Assembly: GCA_963826125.1 (NCBI GenBank)
Contig: CAWGVV010000002.1
Span: 1,526,855-1,590,854, forward strand
DNA: 64,000 nucleotides
Direction of reading: 5' to 3'
Origin: an uncultured delta proteobacterium
GTDB lineage: Bacteria > Desulfobacterota > Desulfarculia > JACQYL01 > CAWGVV01
Below are positions 15,417 to 26,448 of the stretch, in pieces (within the stretch, counting starts at the first letter, position 1; each line of letters opens with the position of its first letter). A program made the translations under genes and the position numbers. The notes below the pieces were generated by a model. It saw nothing but the letters and a program-made list of their open reading frames with translations. It searched no databases and was not told the DNA's origin.

Positions 15417-17702
15417 TCACGCCCGCAGCGTCGCCGTGAATCCGTTGCCGCTGCCGAACCCTTCCTCTTCCAACACCCGCAGCACGGCGTCCGACCGATT
15501 GAGCGCGAGGACCTTCTCGGCGACCAGCTTCGCCCCGTCCACGGTGATGCGGGAAATGGCCCGCTGGACTCGTATGAGGTAGAGCGGGTCCACGCTGAGC
15601 ACCCGTACGCCGATCCCGATGAGAAACGGCAGGTACCGTGGGTCCCGAGCCATGTCCCCGCAGACGGACACGTCGATGCTCGCCCGGTTCGCGGCGTCCA
15701 CCACCCGTTTGAGCGCCCGCAGCACCGCCGGATGATGGGGAATGTAGAGGCCCGCCACCTTTTCGTTGGTGCGGTCCACGGCCAGGAGATACTGGATGAG
15801 ATCGTTGGTACCGATGGAGAAAAAGTCCGCCTCGGCGGCGAAATCGTCGGCCATGTCCAGCACCGAGGGCACTTCGATCATCATGCCGATGCGGGGGGAA
15901 GCGTTGTGTTCCAGCCCCTCCCTCCCCAGCGCCTTGAGGCAGGACGAGACCATCTGCCGCGCTTCCACGAATTCCTCCACGGAGGAAATCATGGGAAACA
16001 TGATCTTCACTTCCTCTCCGGCCCCGGCGCGCAGGATGGCCCGAATCTGGGATTCGAATATGTCCCTGTGGTGAAGGGTGAACCGGATGGACCTCATGCC
16101 CAGAAACGGGTTCTGCTGGCTGGAGTCGGGGAAGTAGGACAATATCTTGTCGCCGCCGATGTCCAGGGTGCGGAAGGTGATCTCCTTCCCGGTCATGCCT
16201 TCCACCAGCCGCCGGTAGACGGCCAGCTGTTCCTCTTCCACGGGGAAATCGGAACGGATGATGAACGGGAACTCGGTGCGGTACAGCCCGATTCCCTCGC
16301 ATTTCAAGTCCTTGGCCAGCTTCAGGTCCGTGAGCAGATTGATGTTGGCCAGCAGCTTGATCTTCACCCCGTCCCGGGTGAACGTTTCGGGCGCAACGGA
16401 GGAAATTTCGGCGGTGATCGTTTTTCGCGCCTCGTTGCGTTTGTTGAAGCTGCTTACGATGTCGTCGGAAGGATTGACGTAGATGTTCCCCAGTTCGGCG
16501 TCCAGCAGGACGGGGGTCCTGCCCGGTATGCCCAGCAACCGGTGTTCGTCGGTGATGACCATGGGCATGCCCAGGGAGCGGGCCAGAAACGAGAGATGGG
16601 AAGTGACTCCTCCTCCCACCAGCACCACGCCGCCGGCCCCTTCCGAGGAGAGCATGAGCACGTCCGACGGAAACAGCACCCGGGCCACGATGACGCGGCC
16701 CTCGTAGGTGGAGGACACCTCCGGGTCGCGGGTGATGTTTCCCACCAGCCGCAGCACCAGGTCTTCCACGTCGGCCGCCTTTTCCTGAATGTAGGGGTTG
16801 CCGCTGCGGGAGAAAACGTCCATGTACTTGCGGGCAATCTCCATTACGGCGAGCGGCGCATTGGTTCCCCGTTCGATAAGCGCTTCAATGGGTTCCGCGA
16901 ACGCCCGGTCCTTGAGCATGAGCAGATGGGAGGTGAAAAGCAGCGACGCGGCGTCGGAAAGCCGCTCGCCTACCTTTTTCTGCAGAGCCACCAGCTGCTG
17001 CTCCGTTTCGGCCAGTGCGGCGCGAAAGTCGTCCCGCGTGTAACGCTGCGGGTACTCCCTGCGCGAGAGGGTGGCGAAGGTGGAGCTTCTGTCCAGAATG
17101 GCGGCCGGCGCGAAGGCGAATCCTTCCGATGCCGTTTTGCCCTTGACGAATTTCAATTCCTCCAGGGACTTGTCCGGAGCGGCATCACCCTTCCTTTTGC
17201 CGGTGATGAGCATCTTGGCGTTCTCCAGGATGTTGGCCAACTGGGAAGTGACGGCCCGCATGGCCATGAGGTCGTCTTCCCGAAAGGGATTCTCCTTCCT
17301 CCGCTGCAGGGTGAGCACGCCGATGCGGGAGATCCCCCGCAGGATGGGCACGGCGATGAACGCTTCGTATTTTTCTTCGTCGATGCCGGGAATGGACTTG
17401 AAGTTGGGATGTTCGCTGCCCACGTGTTCGTACACCGGGCGGAGTTCCTTCAGGGACAGTCCGGTGAGTCCCTCGCCCAGCCGGAGACTCACTCTCCCCA
17501 CCGCCTCGGGATTGAGGCCGTAGGTCGCGGCCAGTGTCAGGTCCTGTTTTTCTTCGTCGTACAGGTAGATGGAACTTACGTCGGCCCTCATGTGGTCGGC
17601 AACCATGGCCACGATTTTCTGCAGGAAACCTTCTATGCTGGCGCTGTCCGAGAACGTCCAGTGAATTTCCGCAAAATCGCAAAGCATTTTCATGTGGTTC
17701 AC
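15417..17702 (-). CDS. ptsP: phosphoenolpyruvate--protein phosphotransferase with N-terminal GAF domain (EI-Ntr, PtsP)
   Basis: 761 aa. GAF N-terminus, phosphohistidine region GGGVTSHLSFLARSLGMPMV, and PEP-utilizer TIM barrel motifs LYRTEFPF and IGTNDLIQY. Confidence 0.9.
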   Translation of the reverse strand: MNHMKMLCDFAEIHWTFSDSASIEGFLQKIVAMVADHMRADVSSIYLYDEEKQDLTLAATYGLNPEAVGRVSLRLGEGLTGLSLKELRPVYEHVGSEHPNFKSIPGIDEEKYEAFIAVPILRGISRIGVLTLQRRKENPFREDDLMAMRAVTSQLANILENAKMLITGKRKGDAAPDKSLEELKFVKGKTASEGFAFAPAAILDRSSTFATLSRREYPQRYTRDDFRAALAETEQQLVALQKKVGERLSDAASLLFTSHLLMLKDRAFAEPIEALIERGTNAPLAVMEIARKYMDVFSRSGNPYIQEKAADVEDLVLRLVGNITRDPEVSSTYEGRVIVARVLFPSDVLMLSSEGAGGVVLVGGGVTSHLSFLARSLGMPMVITDEHRLLGIPGRTPVLLDAELGNIYVNPSDDIVSSFNKRNEARKTITAEISSVAPETFTRDGVKIKLLANINLLTDLKLAKDLKCEGIGLYRTEFPFIIRSDFPVEEEQLAVYRRLVEGMTGKEITFRTLDIGGDKILSYFPDSSQQNPFLGMRSIRFTLHHRDIFESQIRAILRAGAGEEVKIMFPMISSVEEFVEARQMVSSCLKALGREGLEHNASPRIGMMIEVPSVLDMADDFAAEADFFSIGTNDLIQYLLAVDRTNEKVAGLYIPHHPAVLRALKRVVDAANRASIDVSVCGDMARDPRYLPFLIGIGVRVLSVDPLYLIRVQRAISRITVDGAKLVAEKVLALNRSDAVLRVLEEEGFGSGNGFTATLRA

Positions 17703-18067
17703 GGGCGGAGACTACCCCCTTTTCACAGTATACCCTCAGGGCATTTCGCGAAATGCCTTCGCTGTCCGGCGGAGCGGTTCGATTTTTTTCATATCGCACG
17801 ATAAATGTCAAAGATTGTTGAACTACATTCGATTCGACCACCCGCGCCGCGGTGCGGTCGGTGAACCAATGCCGGTGGAATTCCCCTCGCGGGAACCCTT
17901 TCTCCTTTATTTTTTCACAATTTTGTCGATGATAGTGAAGAACTCCCCTCCGTCCCCGGTCGTATGTGGCGCATCCTGGGAGACGGTAGAATGATGACAG
18001 CTGAACTCCTCCCCTTTTTACGCCGCGGCAAAAACGTATCCCGCGCATCGGAAAGGTAGGCAACCGT

Positions 18068-20719
18068 TTGCTCAAGGAGGCGATCCAGAGCGTGGCAGGA
18101 CCGTTTTCCCCCCTCTCCCAAATACCCGCGCGTCTTGTGGGGCGTTTCAAGTCTCTGTTCCCCCCATGGCCGCGGGGAGGGGACAGCCGTGCCTGGCGTG
18201 AGCATATCTTCGCCATCATCAGCATCAGCTCGGTGGTCCTCGGGGGGCTGGCCTACCTTTCCAGCGTGCGGATCACCATACAACACGGGCTGTGGACTTC
18301 CACCAGCGTTTATACCGTTGTATACGCCGTCGCCATCGCCGTTACCCTGCTGAGGAGAATCCCCTACACCGTTCGCGCCGTCACCGTGGTGCTGCTCTTT
18401 TACGTCCTGGGAGTCGTCGGCGCCCTCGAAGCGGGCGTCTACGGTTCGGGCCGTCTCTGGCTTTTTACGTTCACCATAGTGACCTGCCTCCTGCTCGGCT
18501 TCCGCTGGAGCCTCGCCGCGCTGGTGCTCAACGTGGTTACCATCATCACCGTGCGCCAACTCATCAAAGCCGGCCACGCCACCCTGGCGCCCTGGTCGTT
18601 CGACATGAATCAGGCCTGGCAGGCGCTGAGCGTCTCGTTCATCATGGTGTGCACGGTGGTGACGATCTCGCTCGGGGTGTTGCTGCGGGGGCTGGAATCG
18701 GGGCTGCGCAAGGAGCGAACCCTCGCCGCCGAACTCAAGGGGGTCAACGGGCGGCTGAAAGAGGAAATCGAGGAGCGCAGGTCCGCGGAAGAAGCGTTGC
18801 GGCGAAGTGAGGAACGTTTTCGCATACTGAACGAAAACGCCGCGGATACCATTCTCCTGATGGACGTCAGAGGCAAGACCCTCTTCTCCACGGTCCAGTC
18901 CGACCGGCTCCTCGGTCTCACCAAGGAGCAGATGATGGAAAAGAACGTTATGGAGTTCATCCATCCGGAAGACCGTGCTCGAATACAACGGCAATTCCGC
19001 GCCTGGATCGAAGATGGGTGCGACATGGGTTTCCTCACCTGCCGTCTCTCCGGGGGGACTGGGGTGGAGAGGCACGTGGAGGTCATGGCCTCCAACCAGC
19101 TCGGCAATCCCGCGGTCCAAGGGGTCGTGCTGAACATCAGAGACGTCACCGAACGACGCAAGGCCGAGGAAGCGCTCAAGGCGAGCGAGGAGAAATACCG
19201 GGGCATCTTCGAACATTCGGCCACGGGCATGTTTCAGTTTGCGGCGGACAGTTCCATCATCAACGTGAATCCGGCCTTCGTCTCCATGTTCCGCTACGCG
19301 TCGTCCCGGGAACTGCGTACCGAACTGAAAAATTCGTCGCTGGCGCTTTTCGAAGAAAGCTCGCGCCCCGCGAGCATCCTGAGCCTCGTTACGAAGAACC
19401 CTTCCCCCTCGCCCCGCGAACACGTGTTCAAGAGAAAGGATGGGAGCAGCTTCCCCGGGCTTCTCAACATCGTGGCCGTGCATGACGGCAGCGGAGCGCC
19501 GCCCTTCGTGGAGGGATTTTTACACGACGTCACGGAGCAGAAACACGCGGAGCAGGAGCGGCTCAAACTGGAGGAGCAGCTCAGGCATGCCCAGAAGATG
19601 GAGGCGGTGGGAACGCTCGCCGGCGGCATAGCCCATGACTTCAACAACCTGCTGCAGGCCATTTCGGGCTACACGCAGCTCCTCCTGATAGGGAAAACAG
19701 AAACGGCCGACGACTACAACGCACTGCGGCAGATCGAGAAGTCGTGCGGTCGGGCCGGCGAACTCACCACCCAGCTCCTCACGTTCAGCCGCAAGGTGGA
19801 AAGCCGCCGGTTGCCGCTGAACCTGAATTCGGAAGTGGAACAGATCGGAAGCCTTTTGAAACGGACCATCCCCAGGATGATCGACGTTCACCTGGATCTG
19901 GCTCCGGACCTGAAAATGACCCTTGCCGATCCCACCCAGATCCAGCAGGTGATGATGAATCTCGGCAACAACGCCCGTGACGCCATGCCCGACGGCGGAA
20001 AGCTCACCTTCTCCACCAGGAACGTTCATTATCGTCCGATGTTCGGACAGGATGACGGCGTGGATCCCGGCGATTACGTGGAACTCAAGGTGTCGGACAC
20101 CGGCCACGGCATGGACGAGTTCATCCTGGAACACATCTTCGAGCCGTTCTTCACGACGAAATCGATGGGCGGGGGGACCGGTCTCGGTCTGGCCATGGTG
20201 TACGGCATCGTGACCAATCACCGGGGCGCAATCACCTGCGATTCCGCTCCGGGGGCGGGAACGACGTTCACCGTTCTGCTGCCCGCCCTCGATAATCCGC
20301 CCAACGGAGAAGGAGAGCGGGCGGGCAAACTGATGGACCTGGAAGGCGGCACCGAAACCATTCTTATCGTGGAGGACGAAGAATCCATCCTCGATCTTTG
20401 CACCCAGGCCCTTCAGTATTACGGATACCACGTGCTCACCGCCCGAAGCGGTGAAGAGGCCATCGAACTCTATGCGGCCGATCCGCGGGGAATCGATCTG
20501 GTGATTCTCGATCTCAGCATGCCGGGCATGGGGGGCCACCGCTGCCTGGGCAGACTCCTGGCGCTGGACTCCAACGCCAGGGTCATGATCGCCAGCGGCT
20601 ACGCGGAGCGGCAGCAGGTGCAGGACCTGATGGAGATGGGCGCGGTGGCCTTTCTTTCGAAGCCGTACGACCTGGAGGCGTTGGTCAAAACGGTGCGGGA
20701 ACTGATCGACGGGAAGTGA
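18068..20719 (+). CDS. hybrid sensor histidine kinase (multi-TM sensor, 2 PAS, HisKA, HATPase, REC)
   Basis: Six or so N-terminal helices, two PAS modules, the H-box [18 protein letters not shown], and a C-terminal REC (ILIVEDEE...[13 protein letters not shown]). TTG start, so the start is uncertain. Confidence 0.88.
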   Translation: MLKEAIQSVAGPFSPLSQIPARLVGRFKSLFPPWPRGGDSRAWREHIFAIISISSVVLGGLAYLSSVRITIQHGLWTSTSVYTVVYAVAIAVTLLRRIPYTVRAVTVVLLFYVLGVVGALEAGVYGSGRLWLFTFTIVTCLLLGFRWSLAALVLNVVTIITVRQLIKAGHATLAPWSFDMNQAWQALSVSFIMVCTVVTISLGVLLRGLESGLRKERTLAAELKGVNGRLKEEIEERRSAEEALRRSEERFRILNENAADTILLMDVRGKTLFSTVQSDRLLGLTKEQMMEKNVMEFIHPEDRARIQRQFRAWIEDGCDMGFLTCRLSGGTGVERHVEVMASNQLGNPAVQGVVLNIRDVTERRKAEEALKASEEKYRGIFEHSATGMFQFAADSSIINVNPAFVSMFRYASSRELRTELKNSSLALFEESSRPASILSLVTKNPSPSPREHVFKRKDGSSFPGLLNIVAVHDGSGAPPFVEGFLHDVTEQKHAEQERLKLEEQLRHAQKMEAVGTLAGGIAHDFNNLLQAISGYTQLLLIGKTETADDYNALRQIEKSCGRAGELTTQLLTFSRKVESRRLPLNLNSEVEQIGSLLKRTIPRMIDVHLDLAPDLKMTLADPTQIQQVMMNLGNNARDAMPDGGKLTFSTRNVHYRPMFGQDDGVDPGDYVELKVSDTGHGMDEFILEHIFEPFFTTKSMGGGTGLGLAMVYGIVTNHRGAITCDSAPGAGTTFTVLLPALDNPPNGEGERAGKLMDLEGGTETILIVEDEESILDLCTQALQYYGYHVLTARSGEEAIELYAADPRGIDLVILDLSMPGMGGHRCLGRLLALDSNARVMIASGYAERQQVQDLMEMGAVAFLSKPYDLEALVKTVRELIDGK

Positions 20720-20745
20720 TCGCGGTACGTGTTCCGGGATGCGGA

Positions 20746-22794
20746 TCAGGGGCGCATGGCGACGGGCTGCTTCACCGGAAGGGTGACGATGAACGTGGAG
20801 CCTTCCCCCTCCCTGCTTTCCGCGGTAATGGTTCCGCCGTGCCGCACGGCGATCCTGCGGCAGATGGCGAGCCCCATGCCGGTGCCGTCGTGGGAGTCCC
20901 GGCCGTGCAGTCTCTGGAACGGGGTGAAGATGATGTGCAGGTATTTTTCATCGAAGCCGATGCCGTTGTCCCTCACGCGAATGCGATACCATCCCCTTTG
21001 AGCGTAGGGAGAGGCGGCGTCCCTGCCCACGTGTTCCCCCGATACGGTAATGACCGGCGGTTCGGAACCGTGAAATTTCAATGCATTGCCGATGAGGTTC
21101 AGAAAGAAACGGTACATCTGCAGCGGCTCGGCCTCGATCGTGGTCAACGATCCCACCGTCACCGTTGCCCCGGTTTCCTCGATGAGCGACTGAAGGTCCG
21201 AAACGGCTTCGGCCGCCGTCTCGTTCAGATTCACCTGCGAAAAGGTCTCTTCCATCGAGTTCACCCGCGAATACTCGAGCAGGGCCCGAATGAGGCTGCG
21301 CATCCGCTCGGCCGAATTCTGCATGCGTTGGATGTAGTCGGACGCCGTTTCATCCAGCAAAGCCCCGTACCGGGTTTTCAGCAAACTGCCGAAAGTCTGG
21401 ATTTTCCTCAGCGGTTCCTGAAGGTCATGGGACGCAACGAAGGCGAAGTCCTGCAACTCCCGGTTGCTCCACTCCAGCTTCTCCGCGTACCTGCGCAGGG
21501 TGTCCTCCGCTCTCTTGCGCTCCGAGACGTCGATGCCGATCCCCACGTGGGTGCCGTCCGACAAGCGGACCGCCGCCCAGGAAGTTTCCAGCACGCCGTT
21601 GTTCCGCTCGAGCAGCCGTATGTCGTGCCATCCCGCATGCGCGCCTTTCAAGCATTCCCATAAGCGGCGGGGACGGTCCTCATCGTCGAGGCATTGCACG
21701 GCGTCGGCCGCTTCCCGCGCGTCTCCGGCGGTGCCGAACATCTGCCCGAACTGTCGGTTGGTTGTTCGTAGCGTGCCCGCGTCGTCGCAGGTGACAAGCA
21801 TGGCGGGGATGTTGTCCACGATGGCTTCCAGAAGTTCCTTTTGCTGCGCCAGGGCCTTTTCCGTCTCTCTCCGTATCAGGTTTTCCTGCCGTAACTCGGC
21901 ATTGGCATTGGCCAGTTCGGTCGTTCGTACGTGCACCATGACTTCCAGTCGGCTGCTGAACTCCCGGAGGTCTTCTTCTTTCCGTTTCAGGTCGCGGAAC
22001 AGCAGGGAATAGGGCTTCATAAGGGACGTTTCGACCACGGCCTTGTAGATGAGATAGAAGGCCAGGATTTTGAAATAGTGGCCGAGGGCATTGGCGAATC
22101 CATAGACGCTGGCGTAGGAGGTCAACGACAGTTCGGCTGCCACGCTTACCGTAAGGGAACCGATGAGCAGCCAAAGGACCTTTCCGTCGAAGTACTCTTT
22201 CTTCCGATAGAGCAGGACCGCCGAGAGCGCCAGAAACAGACAGATGACGTATTCACTGGTTTTCTTGAACGCGGTGAGCCCCTTGCCCTCGATGAACGAA
22301 TCGGGAAAGAGGTCCCGGAAGAAGATGGAGAAGATGAGCAGAACGGTGACGGCCGTATACCCCGCAAACACCAGATGGGGACGCGGCGGCCGGGAAAGGA
22401 AGATGGGGGCCAACAGAAAGGAAAACGCTTGCAGGTAACGGGCCGCGATCCACAGTTGCGTCGGAAGGTTTGCATCATAGGCGGGGAACACGCCCATGCC
22501 CTTGTACGCGAGGGTATGCAGCAGATCGAAGCCTCCGGTGAAAAGGAAGGAGATTCCCAGGAACAGCAGGTAATTGTTCTCGATGAGCCGGCGGGTGTTC
22601 CAAACCACTACGAAGATGGTGACGGCGACGATGACGCTGAACAGTTCCACCAGCGAGTGGAACAGAAGATAGCTGTGGTTCCTGGTCAACCGGAGACACA
22701 CGAGTATCCCGGCCGTGAAGAAAAGGCGCAAGACCCACTTCAAGGTGTTTGACCCTCTTGTCGAGGGCATTGGAGGCGCGAAAAGTATGTTCAT
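20746..22794 (-). CDS. integral-membrane sensor histidine kinase (multi-TM, PAS, HisKA, HATPase)
   Basis: Start trimmed to MNILFAPP (ATG 22794). H-box VASHDLQEPLRKI, and G-boxes DNGIGF..GTGMGLAICRR. Confidence 0.85.
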   Translation of the reverse strand: MNILFAPPMPSTRGSNTLKWVLRLFFTAGILVCLRLTRNHSYLLFHSLVELFSVIVAVTIFVVVWNTRRLIENNYLLFLGISFLFTGGFDLLHTLAYKGMGVFPAYDANLPTQLWIAARYLQAFSFLLAPIFLSRPPRPHLVFAGYTAVTVLLIFSIFFRDLFPDSFIEGKGLTAFKKTSEYVICLFLALSAVLLYRKKEYFDGKVLWLLIGSLTVSVAAELSLTSYASVYGFANALGHYFKILAFYLIYKAVVETSLMKPYSLLFRDLKRKEEDLREFSSRLEVMVHVRTTELANANAELRQENLIRRETEKALAQQKELLEAIVDNIPAMLVTCDDAGTLRTTNRQFGQMFGTAGDAREAADAVQCLDDEDRPRRLWECLKGAHAGWHDIRLLERNNGVLETSWAAVRLSDGTHVGIGIDVSERKRAEDTLRRYAEKLEWSNRELQDFAFVASHDLQEPLRKIQTFGSLLKTRYGALLDETASDYIQRMQNSAERMRSLIRALLEYSRVNSMEETFSQVNLNETAAEAVSDLQSLIEETGATVTVGSLTTIEAEPLQMYRFFLNLIGNALKFHGSEPPVITVSGEHVGRDAASPYAQRGWYRIRVRDNGIGFDEKYLHIIFTPFQRLHGRDSHDGTGMGLAICRRIAVRHGGTITAESREGEGSTFIVTLPVKQPVAMRP

Positions 22795-23162
22795 GACGAA
22801 GTATCCGGTAGAGTCCTTGCCCGAGGTGAATCCTGTTTCGTGATTTCCTTCAATGATATTCGGGAAATATGAGCGGCATGGCCTGATCGGTCGGATTATC
22901 GTGCAACGGCGCGCCGGTTCCCCTGACGGATACCCCTCTCGGGGCCGAACAGGGAAGTCGTCGACGAAGGTGCACACTAATGTATCGGAGAAAATCTTGT
23001 CAAGAAAAGAAAAATGTATTCCGTCCGGGCCACCCACTGTCACAGTATCCGTTTATTTCGAATTTCCTCCGGAAATCATTGTAAGAGAAAGAACAGTGAT
23101 GCGCCGACGGCCGAACGGGGAAAATCGAATTCCCGTACGCGCGGGCATTTGGAGAATCGGGC

Positions 23163-24194
23163 TTATTTCGGCTTCTGATATTTTCGTACCGCCCGGGTGT
23201 GTGCCTCGTAATTGGTGGAGAAGAGGTGAGTGCCGTCGTTTTTCGATACGAAATAGAGATAATCGGTGTGCGCCGGATTGAGCGCGGCGGCAATGGATTC
23301 CCGTCCCGGATTGGCGATGGGCCCGGGGGGGAGCCCCTTGCGCACGTAGGTGTTGTAGGGGGTGTCCGTACGAAGGTCCATTCGGGTGAGGTTGCCGTCG
23401 AAGTGGTCGATGCCGTAAATGACCGTGGGATCGGCGCCCAACGGCATGCCTTTCTTCAACCGGTTCAGAAAAACGGAAGCCACCAGCGGCCTTTCCTGCG
23501 CCGAGGACGTTTCCTTTTCTATGATGGAAGCCAGAGTCATGATTTCGTTGATCGTCATGTCTTCGCCGGCGGTCTCTCCTCCCAATGAGGAAAACACCTC
23601 CCGCCATCGCTTCACCAGGATCGCGGCCACGTCCTCGGGTTTCATTAAACGGCGCAGGTGATAGGTATCAGGGAAGAGGTATCCTTCCAACGATTCGTTG
23701 TTCACGCCGGGGATGGCGGATTTTTCCCGGTTCCGGGCCAGCTGGAGGAAGTCGTCCGCTCCGGTGATCTCCTTCTGTTCCAGTATCCTGGCGATCTCCA
23801 CCATGGTGAACCCTTCGGGGATTGTAACGCTCACCAGCCGTTCCCGGCCGGAAACGAGTTCGGAAAGGACCGTGTCGGGAGTCATGGCGGGGCTGAATTC
23901 ATATTCGCCCGCTTTGAGGGACCTCGCGGCTCCCCGCCAGCGCGCAAGCACCATGAAGCGGAAATCGTTGGAGACGATGCCCTTCTCCTCAAGGAGACGA
24001 GCCACTCCGCGCAGCGACAGTCCCGAGGGGATGGAGACGATCAGGGCTTCGCCCCGGGGGGAAGCGGGGGAATGGATAAAGCGGCTGAAGTCGGCCAGGA
24101 GAAGAACGACGGCGATAAACAGCAGAAAACAGGAAATGGCTAAATAGCCGCTGCCCGTTGTTGTCGAAAAAGTTTGCGTGTCACGTTTCTTCAT
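23163..24194 (-). CDS. mltG: endolytic murein transglycosylase MltG (YceG family)
   Basis: N-terminal TM helix. YceG motifs LASIIEKET, VFLNRLKKGMPLGADPTVIYG and YNTYVRKGLPPGPIANPG. Confidence 0.9.
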   Translation of the reverse strand: MKKRDTQTFSTTTGSGYLAISCFLLFIAVVLLLADFSRFIHSPASPRGEALIVSIPSGLSLRGVARLLEEKGIVSNDFRFMVLARWRGAARSLKAGEYEFSPAMTPDTVLSELVSGRERLVSVTIPEGFTMVEIARILEQKEITGADDFLQLARNREKSAIPGVNNESLEGYLFPDTYHLRRLMKPEDVAAILVKRWREVFSSLGGETAGEDMTINEIMTLASIIEKETSSAQERPLVASVFLNRLKKGMPLGADPTVIYGIDHFDGNLTRMDLRTDTPYNTYVRKGLPPGPIANPGRESIAAALNPAHTDYLYFVSKNDGTHLFSTNYEAHTRAVRKYQKPK

Positions 24195-24538
24195 GGCGGC
24201 GAAATGCTGTCCGGTGGTGCATGGGGGCCGTGCGGGCCCCTCCTTGTCGGTATGCCTATCCTACCAATTTCCACGGCCGAGTCAACCGGTCGGCTCTTCC
24301 GATTCGTCCTAGGGCTTGCCCGGCGGACCCATCCGTGGTATTGAAGAGTGTCCCCCCCGGCAGGCTGTCGAAGAAGTCTTCCCAAAGGCCGCCCCGACGA
24401 AAACACGGGTGGTAAGCGCTTGAAAATACGGGGTTCCGCATTTCGTGGGAATGACGGAATGCAAGAAGAGGCGGAAGTCTTCACTCCCCTGCCGGACTCA
24501 ATCTTGGAACACTCTGCACGACAAGGAGCGACAACTCC

Positions 24539-24967
24539 ATGCTCAATCGAGTGATGCTCATCGGACGTCTCGGGGGCGATCCCGAGGTGCGCTATACCAG
24601 CGGCGGGAGCCAGGTGACCAATTTCACCCTGGCCACCAACGAAAACTGGACCGGCGCGGACGGCAACAAGCAGGAACGCACCGAATGGCACCGCATCGTG
24701 ACCTTCGGAAAACTGGCGGAAATTTGCGGGAAGTACCTGAACAAGGGCAAATTGGTCTATGTGAGCGGCCGCCTTCAGACCCGCCAGTGGGAAGACCGTG
24801 ACGGGAACAAGCGGTACACCACGGAGATCGTGGCTCAGGAGATGCAAATGCTGAGCGGCGGAGCGGGTCAGGGTCAGGGTCAGGGTCAGGGTCAGGAAAA
24901 AAACTATGAATCCCAGCCCCCGGGACCTCCCGGCTCCATGGGGCCGGACGACGACATTCCTTTCTGA
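24539..24967 (+). CDS. ssb: single-stranded DNA-binding protein
   Basis: OB-fold start [20 protein letters not shown], a Gly/Gln-rich linker and the acidic tip DDDIPF. Confidence 0.95.
   Translation: MLNRVMLIGRLGGDPEVRYTSGGSQVTNFTLATNENWTGADGNKQERTEWHRIVTFGKLAEICGKYLNKGKLVYVSGRLQTRQWEDRDGNKRYTTEIVAQEMQMLSGGAGQGQGQGQGQEKNYESQPPGPPGSMGPDDDIPF
24866..24895 (+). repeat. (GGTCAG)x5 hexanucleotide microsatellite inside the ssb linker
   Basis: Five perfect tandem units encoding [10 protein letters not shown]. Confidence 0.9.
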
Positions 24968-24976
24968 GCAATCGGG

Positions 24977-25000
24977 ACGGAGGCGATCGGCCTCCGTTTT
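24977..25000 (+). terminator. rho-independent terminator of ssb
   Basis: ACGGAGGC-GATCG-GCCTCCGT followed by TTT. Confidence 0.6.
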
Positions 25001-25004
25001 CCAC

Positions 25005-25073
25005 TGAAAAACGACGCCTCAACCGTTCCCCCGTCACGGCTTGCACGGGAGAATCGTTGAGGCTTCGTTTTTA
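25005..25073. terminator. long hairpin flanked by A-run/T-run, a likely bidirectional terminator (tatA on the minus strand)
   Basis: GAAAAACGACGCCTCAAC...GTTGAGGCTTCGTTTTT with the inner stem CCCGT..ACGGG. It sits between the convergent ssb and tatA. Confidence 0.5.
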
Positions 25074-25089
25074 TCGGGAAAATAGGTGC

Positions 25090-25296
25090 TTACTTGTCTT
25101 CGGTTTTGTCCCTTTTGGCCGTTTTCGTTTCCTCGTCCGGCGTGATGTCGATTTCGTCGGGGGCTTTCGTGGCCTTCTTGAAGTTCTTGATTCCCTCTCC
25201 CAGGCCTTTGCCTATTTGAGGCAGTTTCCCGGCCCCGAAAATGATCAGCACGATCACGAGAATAATGATCAGTTCACTCGTTCCCAGTCCAAACAT
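25090..25296 (-). CDS. tatA: twin-arginine translocase subunit TatA/E
   Basis: 68 aa: [42 protein letters not shown]. Confidence 0.9.
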   Translation of the reverse strand: MFGLGTSELIIILVIVLIIFGAGKLPQIGKGLGEGIKNFKKATKAPDEIDITPDEETKTAKRDKTEDK

Positions 25297-25317
25297 CGAT
25301 AAGGGCCTCCAGGTTCC

Positions 25318-25695
25318 CTAAGACTTAAGATCTTCCAGAAGTTGTGAAAATTCCTTGGACTTGCGGTATTCCACAAGGGATTCCTGATAACCGATCCAGG
25401 CATCCCACAACAACATCCACTGTTCGTTGTGCCAATACATTTCCCTGCTCTGCTTTCCCTCCTTGCGCAACCGGTACTCGCTGTATTCCTCCGAGCATTC
25501 GGGGCAGAAACGGAAAACGAAATCTTTCACTCCCACGCAGCAGTTGTGGTCGGACTCGATTTGTGCTCCGCACTTGGCGCACCGGGAAGGGCATCCGATA
25601 CACATGAACACCTTCCGCGCGGCTTCCAGCTTTTCCTGAGTACGCTGTGTCTTGGCCCGCGCGAGTTTGTCCGACAGGTCGATGATCCCTGCCAT
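25318..25695 (-). CDS. Cys-rich (zinc-ribbon-like) hypothetical protein
   Basis: 125 aa with CIGCPSRCAKCG and FCPECSEEY motifs. Codon GC3 bias matches the host. No family recognised. Confidence 0.55.
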   Translation of the reverse strand: MAGIIDLSDKLARAKTQRTQEKLEAARKVFMCIGCPSRCAKCGAQIESDHNCCVGVKDFVFRFCPECSEEYSEYRLRKEGKQSREMYWHNEQWMLLWDAWIGYQESLVEYRKSKEFSQLLEDLKS

Positions 25696-25860
25696 GTCGG
25701 TTACCTCATGGTAAAAAAGAAACGGAAAATAGTGAAATTCTTCAATTGTCCTTTGTCCCGCTATCCTACCACCGTATTTTTCCCTTCGTCAAGGCGTTCG
25801 GAAACGACCGGGGCGGGAGAGGGCGGGCGGCGGTTCCCACTCTTCGCACACGGCGCCGTC

Positions 25861-25893
25861 TTGACAAATATACCCATAGGGGCTATAGGTATA
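25861..25893 (+). promoter_or_regulatory. candidate cop-operon promoter with a CsoR-type operator palindrome
   Basis: TTGACA at 25861-25866. The near-perfect inverted repeat TATACCCATAG-GGG-CTATAGGTATA (25869-25893) has AT-rich arms around a G-rich centre, as in known CsoR boxes. It lies about 30 nt upstream of csoR. Confidence 0.5.
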
Positions 25894-25919
25894 AAGGTAC
25901 CACGAACGGAGGTTCTCTG

Positions 25920-26192
25920 ATGTTCCCCAGCCACGACGACCAGATCGTCCGTCTCAATCGAATCGAAGGGCAGATACGCGGGATTAAAAAAATGGTCGAG
26001 GAAAACCGCTACTGCATCGACATCATCCATCAGTGCAACTCGGCGACCGCCGCTCTCAACCAGGTGAAGAAGAACATCCTTCGTCGCCATCTGAGCCATT
26101 GCGTGATGGGAGCTTTCTCCGGAGGGGATTCCGAGGACATCGAGAAGAAGATCGAGGAAGTGGTTTCTCTCATGGAATACATGAACAAATAA
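25920..26192 (+). CDS. csoR: CsoR-family metal-sensing transcriptional repressor
   Basis: Start trimmed to ATG 25920 after GGAGG. RLNRIEGQIRGIKKMVEENRYCIDIIHQ...HLSHC carries the family C-H-C ligand pattern. Confidence 0.85.
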   Translation: MFPSHDDQIVRLNRIEGQIRGIKKMVEENRYCIDIIHQCNSATAALNQVKKNILRRHLSHCVMGAFSGGDSEDIEKKIEEVVSLMEYMNK

Positions 26193-26225
26193 CCCACATA
26201 TCCACACAAGGAAGGAGCAGGGAAG

Positions 26226-26435
26226 ATGGCAACGGTGAAAAAAGAGTTCAGCGTGGAAGGCATGAGCTGCATGCATTGTGAAATGGCTACCCAGAAGGCG
26301 CTCATGGCGGTAAAGGGCGTCGTTTCGGCCAAGGCGGACCACAAGGCGAAAAAGGCCGTGGTGGAAGTGGAAGACAGCGTCGACGACGCCACGTTGAAAC
26401 AGGCCATCACCAAGGCCGGTTACCAGGTGGTGTAA
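26226..26435 (+). CDS. copZ: heavy-metal-associated (CopZ-like) copper chaperone
   Basis: 69 aa with the HMA motif GMSCMHC. Confidence 0.85.
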   Translation: MATVKKEFSVEGMSCMHCEMATQKALMAVKGVVSAKADHKAKKAVVEVEDSVDDATLKQAITKAGYQVV

Positions 26436-26448
26436 CGGCCGGCGGCAC

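Noticed and set aside
15240-17804. 854-aa ORF on the + strand
   Set aside because: It is entirely antisense to ptsP, whose product has unmistakable GAF and PEP-utilizer motifs. The antisense translation is R/G/H/P-rich with no motif. This is the typical stop-poor shadow frame of GC-rich DNA.
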